Assembly: GCA_963693365.1 (NCBI GenBank)
Contig: CAVNZM010000001.1
Location: 5,658,907 to 5,722,906, forward strand
Direction of reading: 5' to 3'
Length of the DNA: 64,000 bases
From: Amoebidium appalachense
Taxonomy: Eukaryota > Protista > Ichthyosporea
Part shown: positions 13,440 through 26,669 of the stretch, piece by piece
Position numbering within the stretch: position 1 is the first letter of the stretch
Layout: every line of letters starts with the position of its first letter
The notes under the pieces: model-generated
The model's input: the letters and a program-made list of their open reading frames with translations, nothing else
The model's database searches: none
What the model was told of the DNA's origin: nothing
Program-made: the position numbers and the translations under genes

Positions 13440-13875
13440 TCGTACGTATCAACTGCTATGATTCTTAATAAAGCCGATTGATGCAAAAACCATGTATGTA
13501 CATTCAAACCTGGGCCACATGTGACGTTTAAAAGAAAAGAGAGAAAGAAATGAAAGAAAGGCTCATGACTGCCCGTGTACGACGGAAAAGATCAACCGAA
13601 TCTGGTTCCATGCTCTGCGCTGCAGTTTCGAACATGCATACCGACCCATTGCAATTGGCTGCTTGTGCACGTGCGTCGCGACGGTCACTGCGCACTGAGC
13701 TGTCACAACTTGGCAAATGCTCAATGCATCAAGAATTCTTGACTCGTGCCCTCGAGTGTATGTGTCCATCCGGATCATCACATGTGCCCGTATGTCGGTG
13801 CCTTATTTTATTTAGTATATGGTTGGCGCATGTTGCAGGCGCCTTATATATTCGATATTGCTAATAGATGGCCGT
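13440..13875. repeat. Degenerate intergenic palindrome between PAF1 and pyruvate kinase
   Basis: ATGCAAAAACCATGTA...GGGCCACATGTGA (~13481-13524) matches the rc of TCACATGTGCCC...TATATGGTTGGCGCAT (~13778-13831); centre ~13650. Aligned by eye. Confidence 0.55.
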
Positions 13876-13977
13876 GCTGTAGCGTGTAAGCCTATGTAGG
13901 CCACTCAGGGGCCGGAATTTCGAGTTGACAAGTGTATGAACTAAAAATGTACTTTTGAAAATTTGTAGCAGTAGGCT

Positions 13978-14094
13978 ATTGGCTAAATATCACGCAGATA
14001 AATTAAGACGATGCGCCTGAAGCGAATCACAATGCATTATCCAGTGATGCGCGTTTTGATTGGATACAGAATTCCCTTTCAAGCCCCTGATTGG
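13978..14094 (-). promoter_or_regulatory. Cluster of reverse CCAAT (ATTGG) boxes upstream of pyruvate kinase
   Basis: ATTGG at 13978, 14059 and 14090, 200-320 bp upstream of the ATG at 14301; motif match only. Confidence 0.35.
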
Positions 14095-14300
14095 TTGTTT
14101 GCTTACTTGTGCTGCCAGCCCAAAAAAACACAGCCGCTTCAAAACCGAGAGCTTATAATCCCACGCATGCCCTTTTGCCCCCTCTATTACCTCGCGCGTA
14201 AAACTTTTTTGCTGTCAAAAGGTTCTCTTTTCTTTCTCTGCTTTCACTCCAAACTTTGCCGTTTCCGCATTCGTGGAGGTAATAATAAGAACAACCGAAA

Positions 14301-15144
14301 ATGAGTATTCCCCAGACCCCCGCCATCCAGCCCCCCACCACCACGACCCACTTCTCTCAGCAGGCTCCCCAGCGGCTGGGTCAGAGGGCAGCCTACCAGG
14401 AAACAACACGCGTTGGGCACATGACAAAACTGGACATCTACAGGTGGGTCCTTCTGTCTGCTCCTTTGTTTTCTCGTTTTCTTTACTCCGCATAAATTAT
14501 TTGTTTAAGTTTTTATCCGCGACAATTGTGGTGTGAACTGCTGAAGTGCAGCGGATTCATTGCAGAATTGATATAAGCAACTTATTCTCGTTTTTCTAGT
14601 GACTATTTTTCTTTTTGATATTCCATTCAAGGAGGTATACGCGTGTTAGGAAGAAAGTTAAGAAAACTGGGATGAGGGGGAAGGGGGGGGGGAAGGGGGG
14701 GGAGGGAAGAAGACTGAAAACATTTATGTTGTCTGCATTGCCATACTCTTTTGCAGTACAAAAATGTCTTGGTCATTTTGTGACGGTTCAAAGAACTGTG
14801 AACTGATGTTATGCATAAGCTGTATGTGCACCCTCTCATTGAAACAGGAATTCTTAGCGCACCTACCACTTTAGCCACTCTGAGTTCAAATTTGAAAAAA
14901 CCGTTGTCTTCAACACACCCCGTGGCCTACATTCAATGATTACACAATACACCAACCCGGCCCATCAAACTATCAATAATCGATATCCACATAGCATTTG
15001 AACAGTAGCCCAAACAACCAACATTGATATCTGTACGTGTTTGTTCTTATATTATATGGCTCATTAATATTGGACCTCATAGTAATTCATGCAACCAGAT
15101 CTTTGCGTCTCGCGCACTGTGTGCCATGCGGCTTCATCCGCACC

Positions 15145-15175
<31 letters not shown>

Positions 15176-15395
15176 AAAAAAAAAAAAAAACACACACACA
15201 CACCCCAAAAGAGAAGAGAAAGAAGGGGGGGAGGGGGGGGGGAGAGAGGGGGGACCAACAACTAGACCACTCATCCCAACCCCCCCCCCCCCCCTCCCCT
15301 CCCCCCCCCCCCCCCCCCCCGCCCCCACACACACACACACAAAGAAAAAAAAGAAAAAAAACACCAACCAGACCTCCCATCTCACCCCAGTGTAC

Positions 15396-15456
<61 letters not shown>

Positions 15457-16094
15457 TGCACACATGCACACACACATGCACAGTGAGCCAGATGACGTGC
15501 GCCGCACCTCCATCATCTGCACGGTTGGACCCACCAGTGGCACGGTGGAGATGCTTACCAAATTAAGGCGTGCTGGTATGAACATCATGCGCCTTAACTT
15601 CAGTCACGGCTCCTACGAGTTCCACACCGACAAGGTCAACAATTTGCGCAAAAGCATTGCAGAGACACCCGGTGCCCCCGTTGCTATTGCCCTCGACACA
15701 AAGGTACGTTGTGGGTCGTTTCTCTCTCAGCGTCGTGTGCTTGCAATTGTGGCTAGGCATTTCGAAGGGTGTGTGTGTGTGGGGGGGGGGGGGGGGGGGA
15801 GGGGGAGGGGGGAGGGGTTGTGTGCCTGTGTGTGCCTGCAGCCCTGGAGAGCAAGGTACGGGACTTAAAGGGGGTGTGCAAGGGGGTGAGCTTTTTATGT
15901 TTGGGAGTGCAATCAGCAATTGCTGTGGAGGGTCTACAGAGGGTTTGTGGGCATGTGCATGGCTCGGCTATCTGAATGGGTTGGGGGTGGGAGGGGGATG
16001 GGGGGAGGCCGGGGGATGGGAGGCCGTGGGGGGAGAGGGGGGCAGAGCCGATGCCGGAAGATTGTGAAAAAGACTTTTGATGGGGAAAGAGTGT

Positions 16095-16144
<50 letters not shown>

Positions 16145-17806
16145 GGGGGAGCAAAATCCCAAGCTCCTATGACATCCCTCTGTTATCTTCGTTTCCTGCT
16201 AAGTTCATGGATTCGTAAGTAATCGGGGCGGACACGCGCAGGGACCTGAGATCCGCACAGGGATCCTTGTGAACGGACAGGACGTGCCTCTGAACGTGGG
16301 GGACATTGTGACTGTGCACACGGAGAAGGAGTGGAACGACAAGGGGACAAAGACAGACATCTACGTCGACTATCCCAACCTCTGCAAGGTACGTGCACGA
16401 GTGGTTTGACTTAACGGCATGAAGGAGGCTGGGGGAGGAGGGGAGGAGGGGGTGGGGGGGGGGGTGGGGGGGGGGAGGGGGGGGGGGCATTGTAAGGGGG
16501 CGGGGGTTAATTTGGGACCGGGTGGGGTGAGGAGGGGCAGGAGGGGGGAGGTAGGGTCTCATGATATGCAGACTGAAAGGGAAGATTGTGTGATTGAAAA
16601 GAGAGGATGAGGGAGGAGTGGCTGAGATACACCATGTAGTGTACATCAACCCACACAAATGTTTTTCTTTAATATTATGAGACTCCCCAGGCCCTCCCCC
16701 CCCCCCCCCCCCCCCCCTCCCCCCCTTCCCCTCTCTCTCTCCTCCCCCCCCCCCCTCCCCCTCCCCTCTCCCCCCTCCCCTCCCCCCACCGCCACCACCA
16801 CCACCACCAACTTCAAAAACGAAAAACAGGGACATATCACTGAATAATGCCTTAGACCACCCACCCACCAGTTCTATTTGAGCCACACCCCCCCCCCCCC
16901 CCCCCCTCTCTCCTCTCCCCCCTTCCCCCCTGCCCCCACATTCCTGTCCCACATTCCTGTCTCCCCCCCTCTCCCCCCCGGGTTTGTTTCTGGATCACCT
17001 TTTTACGTTCTATACGCTATTGCTTTTCCCATCGTCTAACTCGTACCCCCTACCGTCCATCTTTCCTCCCTCTCTCGCCCACCTATCAAACTGATCAGAA
17101 ACACGTACACATTTGCACACACACACACACGTTCACATACACAGGTGATGAAGGTAGGCAGCCACATGTACATTGACGACGGTCTTCTTGGGTTTGAGGT
17201 GACCGCGGTGCACTCCACCACCCTCAAGTGCCGCATGCTCAACAGTGGAATGTTGGGTTCTAGAAAGGGCACGAACCTTCCAAATGTCGACGTGGATCTG
17301 CCCTCCATCTCCGAGAAGGACAGGGAGGATCTTATGTGGGGGCTGGAGATGGGTGTGGATATGATCTTTGCGTCCTTCATAAGAAACGCACAGGCCGTGA
17401 GGGAGATTAGGGCAGTGCTGGGGGAGAAGGGCAAGGGCATCAAGATTATTGGTAGGTGATAGTTGGTGCTTGTATTTTTGTTTTTTATTTTCTTTGCTTG
17501 TTTTTTTTTTTCGGGGGAGGGGGGGAGGGGGGGAGGGGGGGGAGGAATGTGTGTGTGTGTTTGTGTGTCCGTGCGTCCGTGTATGTGTGGGTGACTCAGG
17601 CTGTGTTAAGTTGGGAGCGCCCGGAGAGGGGGGTGGGGAAGGGGAGGGGATGCTTGGCCTACGGGACTGTGTCATTGCGCTGCCACACTTTTTCTCCCTC
17701 TTTCTATCTTCTTTTTGTTGGTGGGGGGGAGGATGAGGAGGTGGGATGGTGATGGTGGTAGGTGGGCGGAAAGTGGGGGGTGGTGGGGGGGGCGGGGTGT
17801 GTGTGT

Positions 17807-17843
<37 letters not shown>

Positions 17844-17918
17844 GAGGTTAGCCAACGCGATGAGATTTCATTTGCGGAGAAAAGAGCCCCCCCCCCCCCC
17901 CCCCCCGAAAAAAAAAAA

Positions 17919-17963
<45 letters not shown>

Positions 17964-18075
17964 ACAATACAATGCTTAGTTGAAGGTTGAAGGCATCAGA
18001 CCTCTAACCAATCTAGCCTCCCCCTCCCCCCTCCCCCCCCCCCCCCAAAAAAAAAAAAAAAAAAAAAAAAACACG

Positions 18076-18162
<87 letters not shown>

Positions 18163-18813
18163 ACACACAAACCACACAAACACATACACACACACGTGTG
18201 CGCGCGTGCATGCACGCATCCACGTACACACCCACGTACACACCCATCTACACATACACATACAGCCAAAATCGAGAACCACCAAGGAATGCGCAACTTC
18301 CCCGAAATCGTCAAAGAGGCAGACGGTGTGATGGTTGCGCGCGGAGATCTCGGGATCGAACTTCCCTCCGAAAAGATCTTTGTAGCGCAAAAAATGATCA
18401 TTTCCATGTGCAACGTAGCAGGGAAACCCGTCATTTGCGCAACACAAATGCTCGAGTCCATGACAAACAACCCACGTCCGACCCGTGCTGAGGTTTCCGA
18501 TGTTGCTAATGCAGTTTTGGACGGTGCGGACTGTGTGATGTTGAGCGGGGAGACAGCAAAGGGGAAATACCCCATCGAGGCAGTGTCCATCATGTCGAAG
18601 ATATGCCGGGAGGCTGAGGCTGCATTCCTCAACAAGAGTGTGTTTGAGGATCTGAAGCTGCTGACAGGTGCGTGCATGACTGTTGTTGCTTATGACAAGC
18701 TCATGTGCATTATGTCTATTGTCTATTGGTTCTGCCACCTACACCCTGTACCCCTCCCCTCCCCCTCCCCCCCCCCCCCCCGCGCCTTCTTCCAAAGTTC
18801 TTGTGTTTGGGGG

Positions 18814-18860
<47 letters not shown>

Positions 18861-19049
18861 GGGGGGAGTTGAGGAATGGAGAGTAGCGGGCAAGGGGGTG
18901 AAATGCCTATCGGGGTTTACTAGGGAAGGCACTGTCTGAGTGTGTTTCCTCCGGTTGTAGGAAAGCTCACCCATGCTATCATGCCTCTCCACACATGCAC
19001 ATGCAAGCACACACACACACACGCTCACGCACACACACGCGCGCTCACA

Positions 19050-19137
<88 letters not shown>

Positions 19138-20687
19138 ACACAAACACAAACACACACACACACACACACACACACAACACGTACACACACATACACACAC
19201 ACCTCCATTCACACACACACACACACACGTACACACACGTAAAGGCCCCACCAACACAGCCGAGACCCTAGCCGTGTGTGCTGTCGAGGCCAGCTACAAG
19301 GTCAATGCGGGGGCCATCATCGTGCTGACGTGGAGTGGGGCCACGGCCATTATGGTGTCTAAATATAGACCCACATGCCCCATCCTCATGGTCACACGAG
19401 ACCCCATGGTACGGATTAATAATGTGATCATTTCCTGTTCAGCTGCTACCTCTTTTCACTACTTCTACAAAAGATGTTATCTCAGTACGTTTGGGTTCAC
19501 ACACTACAAATGCATTGTCATTCCCTTCCCCCCCCCCCCCCCCCCTCCCCCCATATGCCCTGCCGCCACCACCATCATCACGCATACAACCAACAGTTTA
19601 TTCATCTTGAACTTCCGCACTTTTCCATTCAATCAGCTCCTCCCCCCCCACCTCCCCCACCCACCCAAAAAAAAAAAAAAAGAAAAAAAAAACCATCTTC
19701 CCAGCCCACCTGCCCCTTCTCTTTCTCTTGTTTTTGTTGCCGTCTTTGTGCATATCCCTTGTCATTGCAACCTTTCCACGGCGCCTCCACTTCCACTGCA
19801 ATGTGCATTGCCTTCGACAAACATTTCTTACCCACACACACCCTCTTTTTGCAGGTATCACGGCAGCTGCACCTAGCCCGTGGTGTGTACCCCCTGCTGT
19901 TCACAGACCCCGAGGCCGCGGTGTTCCAAGATGACGTGGACAACCGCATCAACTGGTGCATGGCTGAGGCTAAGAAGGCTGGTTTCCTGCGCCCTGGCGA
20001 GACCGTCGTGTGTCTGCAGGTACACTTAATCCCTTTGCCTTTCCCCCCTTCCCCCCCCCCCCTCTCCCTGCGCGCACACCCGCACAAACCAACAGACGCA
20101 GGCAGACGGGCTGGAATACCTCCAAATGTGTTTAAACTTTCACAAACATAAAACACAAGCTAGCGAGTTTTTTTTTTCCTTTTTTTGGGGGGGGGAGGCG
20201 GGGGGGGGGGGGGGGAGGGGGGGGGGGGGGAGGAGGAAGCACCTTTTTTATGTTTCTTTCTTTCTTTATTTCTTTCTTTCTTTCTTTCTTTTTTTTTTTT
20301 TTTGGGGGGGGGGGGGGGGGGGAGGGGAGGGGGGGGGGGTGGGGGGGGGGGGGGGGGGGGCACCTTTTCTTTCTATTTTTTTTGGAGCGGGGGGGAGTGG
20401 AGGGATTGAGGGAGGAAGCCGGGGGGGGGGGGGGGGGGGGGGGAGGGGAGGGGGGGACTCAGGGACAGCGGCCCAAGTGTATATGCTGTGTATTTGATGA
20501 ATCATTTTGAGAGTGTGGCTTTTCTTCTCACGAAAATTGAAAATGTATCTAACATTGTATATGTCCACCCCAGGGCTGGCGTGGTGGGATTGGCCACACC
20601 AACACCATGCGACTGCTTCCTGTGCCCGAGAAGGATCTCTATGTCAGCCCCAACACCACAAAGCAACCAGCGGCAACCAAGAAGTAG
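14301..20687 (+). CDS. PYK: Pyruvate kinase, 8 exons, ~553 aa
   Basis: Exons 14301-14443, 15484-15703, 16242-16388, 17145-17451, 18266-18667, 19245-19408, 19855-20019, 20574-20687 (1662 nt, GT-AG, in phase). Motifs [100 protein letters not shown]. Confidence 0.98.
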
Positions 20688-21221
20688 ATAGTTGGCGTGA
20701 AATTTGAAAAATAGGAATATTAGTATGTTATGGGTGTTGTGCTTGAGTCATTTGTGGTTAACTTGAATATGTGGTAAAGGACAAATCAATGTGCGCGTGC
20801 CTTGGGTTTTAGACGTTGGGTACGAGGTTGTGGAAACCACCCCGTCATTATATTTAGTAGATTTAATAGGTCGTGCTAACGTGAACAACAGGTGTCATCT
20901 GGTGCGAGATTCTAGTACAACTTGGTAGAATGAAATGGTTGATATACAAATCCGAGTATTCAGAAATATCGTAGCTTGCACGTGCCAAATAAAAAACGAA
21001 ATTGAGCAGTGAAGGTCAAGCAATATGAATATTGCTAGATAAACAATGCAAAAGAAGATGGAACAGAAAGACTATGGTGAGTTAGCAGGAAAAATCATCC
21101 CGCCATTAATAATCACATTACATACATGTATGTGTGACCATTTGGGCCAACCAGTCAAACCCATGTGGCGTGGCCAAGAACCGATTCAGAATTAAAAAGA
21201 AGCAAGAAAGAGAGAGAAATG

Positions 21222-21329
<108 letters not shown>

Positions 21330-21665
21330 AGATTTACCCCCCCCCCCCCCTTTCTCTCTCCCCCAACTCACACCCACGGTGGACCAGGTCACGAAACTAA
21401 CCTCTTGGTACTCCCCGCTCCACCTTCCTGCCACCTTTCCCAGAACCCCACACCTCCCTCTGCCGTGTCCACACGCACACACGAACACACCCCAAAACAT
21501 TTTTTTGGGGGGGGGGATGCCATCATAATATCCCAGCCCCTTTCCAGGACTTGAGTTTGTGGGCAGATATTTCGGTGTCACAGTGGACAGAACAAATGTA
21601 ACAGTTACAGTAGCTAGAGGGTTACGTATCTGTGTCATGGTGCGCATGCTGAGAAGGGACCTTCT

Positions 21666-21704
<39 letters not shown>

Positions 21705-22097
21705 CTGGGGGGGGAGGGGGGGGGGGGGTGGGGGGGAAGGAAGGGAGGGGAGGTAGGGGGGGGGGGGGGAGTGGGGGGGGGTTGGCCGATAGCACATATC
21801 TTAGACTGATTCCAACCGTTAAAATCGGGAGCGGGGAAAGAGGTGGTGGTGGTGGTGGGTGGGTGGGCTACGCTGGCGGAGCCCAAATCTCTCAGATAGT
21901 GATACATCGTAACTGTAATCCGACCGAAGGCCCCGAAGGCCCCTTTTCAAGCATATCTGATTTTGTACATAATTAACTCAAGCGGCCAGATCTGAAGTGG
22001 GCACGAAATCTTGGTTTAAGGAAGCCTTGAGGGTGGGTCAGGTTTTTTTCTTTTCTTTTTCTTTCTTTTCTTTTTCTTTTCTTTTTTTTTTTTGTGT

Positions 22098-22155
<58 letters not shown>

Positions 22156-22535
22156 AGTAACACAGTGTGTGCAAGAGTTCTGCTTGCACAATCCTTGCTT
22201 TAAGACTTAGCCTAGGGCTCGGGGCCAGCAGCCAACACATACATGTATGTACAGATATGTACTACTAAGACATCAACATTCCAGTGTGCGAGTGGCCTCG
22301 TGGGATATGATTATTTTTGGGAACAACCGTATGAGCCCCCACCAGCTGATGATCATGGGGGAGGGAAGGGGGGCTCGAGGGGAGGAGGGGAAGGGTGGGG
22401 GGGAGGGGAGGGGGGGGGGGGGGCTCCGAGGGAGGGGAGGGGGGGAAGAGCGATATGATGTGAGGGGAGGTGGGGACGGGAGGGAGAAGTAGGTAGCTCC
22501 CCACTCAATCCCCTCCCTCTCCCTCCCCCGCCCCC

Positions 22536-22559
22536 AGGCCTAGCTATATAGCTAGGCCT
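22536..22559. repeat. Perfect 24-bp palindrome
   Basis: AGGCCTAGCTATATAGCTAGGCCT; a second 14-bp palindrome AGGCTCTAGAGCCT lies at 22602-22615. Confidence 0.9.
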
Positions 22560-23159
22560 TCCATCTCTTCCTCATGATTCAGAAGCTCGACTCCGACTAG
22601 GAGGCTCTAGAGCCTTAAATCAAAATTCTCCAGTATTGTCCCCCCCCCCCCCCCCCCCCTTCTCCCCTCCCTCCCCCCCGCCTGCACACCCCCCTCCCCC
22701 TGTTGACCCCCCCTAGGCCTTCCTTTCGGTCCCGGGCGCGCGGCATACACACACATGTACAGGGGGACCTGAGTGAGCGAGCCCTTTCACGGTGATACAC
22801 ACATGTACAGCACTCCAAGCCCTACTAATGCAGTTCGTGTGTTGCGTCCACAGTTGTCCTGCTATGAAACAACTTTGCCTTCAGCGTGGGGTAAACGTTC
22901 TACTATTACTACCGATTGATGAACTTTGAAGGAAAAAAGCCACAGTCGTTATGTTGAGATACACACGGTGCACTGGCCTGCTGCTGAAATGAGCCGCGCG
23001 CAGATTCGAACTCGTGCATGGCACGTGGCCTGTCGTTACCTGCACGTTAGCCTGCGTGCACGCAAGATGTGCGTGTGTGTACGCACAGAAACACGAGCAT
23101 TGGCTTCGAAGTGCACTGCTGCGGCCTAAAATTGCTCATGAACAAAAAGCTGCTCTCTC

Positions 23160-23830
23160 GAGCTCTGCTTGCTGACTACAAATGTGCATGTAGCGAGTTG
23201 CACTTCGTGTACATGTGGGCATGCATGCCGTGGCGAAAGGATGGCTCCTTTTTTGGCAGTAACGAACCAAGGCGTTAAGTTATATATGCTTTGTTGGTTC
23301 TCTAGTAGCAGCCATTTCGAAGTTGTATGCCAGCAACTGAATAGCACAGTAAACTAGGCTCGATAAGCGGCCCATGCCCGTTGCGCTGCTCTATCACTGT
23401 TGTGGTGCGCATGTAGCCAATCAACGCCAACAATTGGATAAACACGTTCAGAATTCGTTGTTGTAACGTTGAGGGAGGTTTCATGGCTCGCCATGCAAAA
23501 AAATGCCATAAGGATAATAAGCCCGATAACATCTTTTATGTGACAACTCATGGTTCACCACACAATGCGGCAAAAATTGTTCTATGGGAACTAGTTCTGG
23601 TGCTTTACCGCGCTCACACAACACAATTTTATTGGCGCACAGCAAGGCAGCCAATTAGGCGCTGGTTGTGCACTGTGACAACCGTTCAGCCAGGGGTTCC
23701 TCGACTATTCTATTAGCAGTACAACATCTTGTAGGGTTGAAATATCAGAAGGCCTCTAATAGCATTTAGTGCCCGTCATATTTCTATATACAATGCAAGT
23801 ACACTGCGTGTTTCTTGTATCAACAGACGT
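23160..23830. repeat. Degenerate long intergenic palindrome
   Basis: CTGAA..CACAGT..TGCGC..TGTTGTG..GCGC (23337-23410) mirrors the rc of ~23600-23689, with weaker outer blocks; centre ~23510. Aligned by eye. Confidence 0.5.
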
Positions 23831-24512
23831 GAAGCTGATGCGACAACTGGTTGCTATCATCGATAGGTACGATTTAGACCAATCCATGCTTTCCTTAGAG
23901 TAGTGTAAAATCAACCTGGTATGACCATACATTGAAGCAGAAACAGCATACTCACCTGTACATTTTTTGGTGGAAAGGCATCTATATGGTATATTATTAT
24001 GATTTGGTAGAAATTTGTTGGTTTATATTTTCACTGCCGAATAGCCAGAATGCCGACATGCCTTGGGCTTTCTCACAGTTTTGCCGCGCTCTATCGGTAT
24101 GCTCATGTAACGGGTATAAAAGCCGTGGTGACGTTTCCCGTCTGGCATTATTCTCTGAGGTTCATCACTGACGCAACGTGAGGAGCTACCAGTGTACAGG
24201 CCTCCCTAATAGCTGCACTCATTTGATTTCTTAGTCTCCCTTTTCCTCTGTGGTCTGTAGAATCAGACATTTGGAAACACAGACACAAGTCAAACCGATT
24301 CCAACTGTATCGTTCGGAAAAAGCCCAGTTTGAACACTGGCTTTGCAGTAAATAGCACCTCCCATTCGTCGAATACATGCACCTTCTTACACACGTCAGC
24401 AGATCCAACTCTGGGTAAACAGTGTATCAACGGTTCACTACCCCTTCTTTTGGTCCAACTTTCACTATCATTTCCAACACTCTAGCTAGCCTTTCCACAC
24501 AACACAGCCAAC

Positions 24513-25468
24513 ATGCGTGATGTATTTTCCATGGGTCGGCTCTCCATGCGGAAGAACAAGAAGGAGCCATCCATCATCGACGCAGCGGTAGACTCGGACG
24601 CCGCAGCGATTAAGAGCAGCTATGGCAGCGTACCCAAAGACACCCTCGTGAACAAGCGCAAAGTGAAGAAGGAGGAGGCCGTCCACACCCCACGTGGCAG
24701 CACCAGCAGTGTCTCGTCTGCAAAGCCCAAAATGTTCCGGAAAAACATGCACATGTACTCCAAGTCACCGCAGAATGTAATAGTAGTGCGCCAAGACAAG
24801 ATACCGAGTGATGATGAACGTGATGAGGTAGAAGGGTTCCGAGAGGAGAAGAAGGACACCTTTGATTTCGGTGACGAGCTTGGGGTCGACGCAGAGTTTG
24901 TCCGCTCTCTATCCCGTTCGTTTTCCGCTCTGAAACCATGGGAGCAGAAACCAGACACAGCGACGGAAAACAAATCTGAGCACAATGTCCCTGTTGCAGA
25001 TTTGATCAATTTCGACGAAGCCCCTCCCGTGTCCAAGGAAAATCTCTTCTCAAGGACCATCAACGAGGCCCAGGAACACGATTCCTTCTACATGATCGCG
25101 CCGGCACCCTCGCGCGATGTCCCAAGTCGTCGTCGTCGAAACCTGCAGCAGCGGTCCTCATGGGGACCCTCTGAGTCTGCCGACCCGTTTACCCCCGTCA
25201 ACGGGTCAACCCAATCCACACCCACAATTAACCGTGTTGCGTCGGGGAGTAATGCGCTTGCTCGTTCAATGTCAGACAGATCTGCAAGCCGTGCATTCGT
25301 GTCACAGTCCCCTTCGCCTTCACCCATGAATGGGTGGGATGGTGGGGATGTGTTTGTGCCCCAGCGAAGTGCATCCATATCCATTCCCCCTGTCAGCAAC
25401 TTTGCACAGTTTCCCGATACAAACCCGTTTGCTGCTGCTGCTGCTGCCGTAGCGCAGGTACACCCCCC

Positions 25469-25500
<32 letters not shown>

Positions 25501-25597
25501 ATCCCCCCCCCCCCCAAACTCACCCCAACCCTTTCGCCCTTCCCTTATTAGAATTAAATTTAATGTTAGTACTACGGTAACCTATTTTCTTTTCGAA

Positions 25598-25671
<74 letters not shown>

Positions 25672-26091
25672 ACACCCACCCGGGAGAGTGGGCTCTACTT
25701 GATCATCGCTTTCCTGATTTGAGTTCACTATGCACTGGACAAATTGTTAAGCCAGACTATGAATAAAGGATTGCTGCCTCACCTCACGCAACCCCACTAC
25801 TCATGCATCCCCCCGGCTTTCCTCCCCATCCCCTACTTTGCACACATAGGGCAGGCCAACCCACCTTTGAGGTACACATATCCAGCTACCCAACTCCTCC
25901 CCACCCCCCTCCCCCTCCCCCTCGTCCCCTTCTCTCCCCATCCCTCCAGCTCCCCCCCTCCCCCCTCTACCTTTGCCGGCCCCGCCCTCCACCCCTCTCC
26001 CCCCCCCCCCCCCCCCTCTCCACCCCCCCACCTCGCTTCAGATTCTCATCTCTGCCAACTACCCCCTCTCCCCCCTCACTGCCTCCCTGCC

Positions 26092-26131
<40 letters not shown>

Positions 26132-26521
26132 CCCCCCCAAATAAAAGACCTCGGCCATTCTCCTCCCCTCAAAACAGTTCCACACATTTTTTGCAGCCGA
26201 CTAACACCAATACCTTTGCAGACTTCATCCGGAGTAAGGACTGCCCCCAAACCTGCTCCGCGACCCCTCCCTGTACCTCCCGCCCGTCGCATCAGCGCCC
26301 CACCTGTCGTCCCACCACGCCCACTCTCATGCGAGCGTATAACCGTGGCAGAAGCAACTTATGACTTTATGGGTTTTAAACCAACGGATCTGCAGTTTAA
26401 AAAAGGCGATCACATTGTCGTGACTAAGCAGAGGTTGGAGGCGGCGTCATGGTGGGAGGGGAAAGTAGGAGATCGGACGGGTGAATTTCCAGGAAATTAT
26501 GTTCGCATCCTGTTCGCGTAA
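24513..26521 (+). CDS. Disordered endocytic-adaptor-like protein with C-terminal SH3 domain, 2 exons, ~414 aa
   Basis: Exons 24513-25457 (CAG|GTACAC) and 26222-26521 (TTTGCAG|ACT), phase 0. SH3 consensus ATYDFMG..DLQFKKGDHIVV..WWEGKVG..GEFPGNYV; motifs LINFD, DPF, NPF and PxxPxR-type proline-rich stretch. Confidence 0.85.
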
Positions 26522-26669
26522 CATCCTGTTCGTGTAACGTGTCCCACGGCAGTTTGATTTGCATATTCGATGTTCTAGGAAATTTCGTTGTTATTTTTGA
26601 AATTCGTGAGAGCCCACTGGTGAATACCACATGTGCATCGAAAACGTTTACGAAGTATGTGCAGAAGAA

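Noticed and set aside
23691-23700. CAGGGGTTCC resembling a hAT TIR start
   Set aside because: No matching opposite end or TSD was identified.
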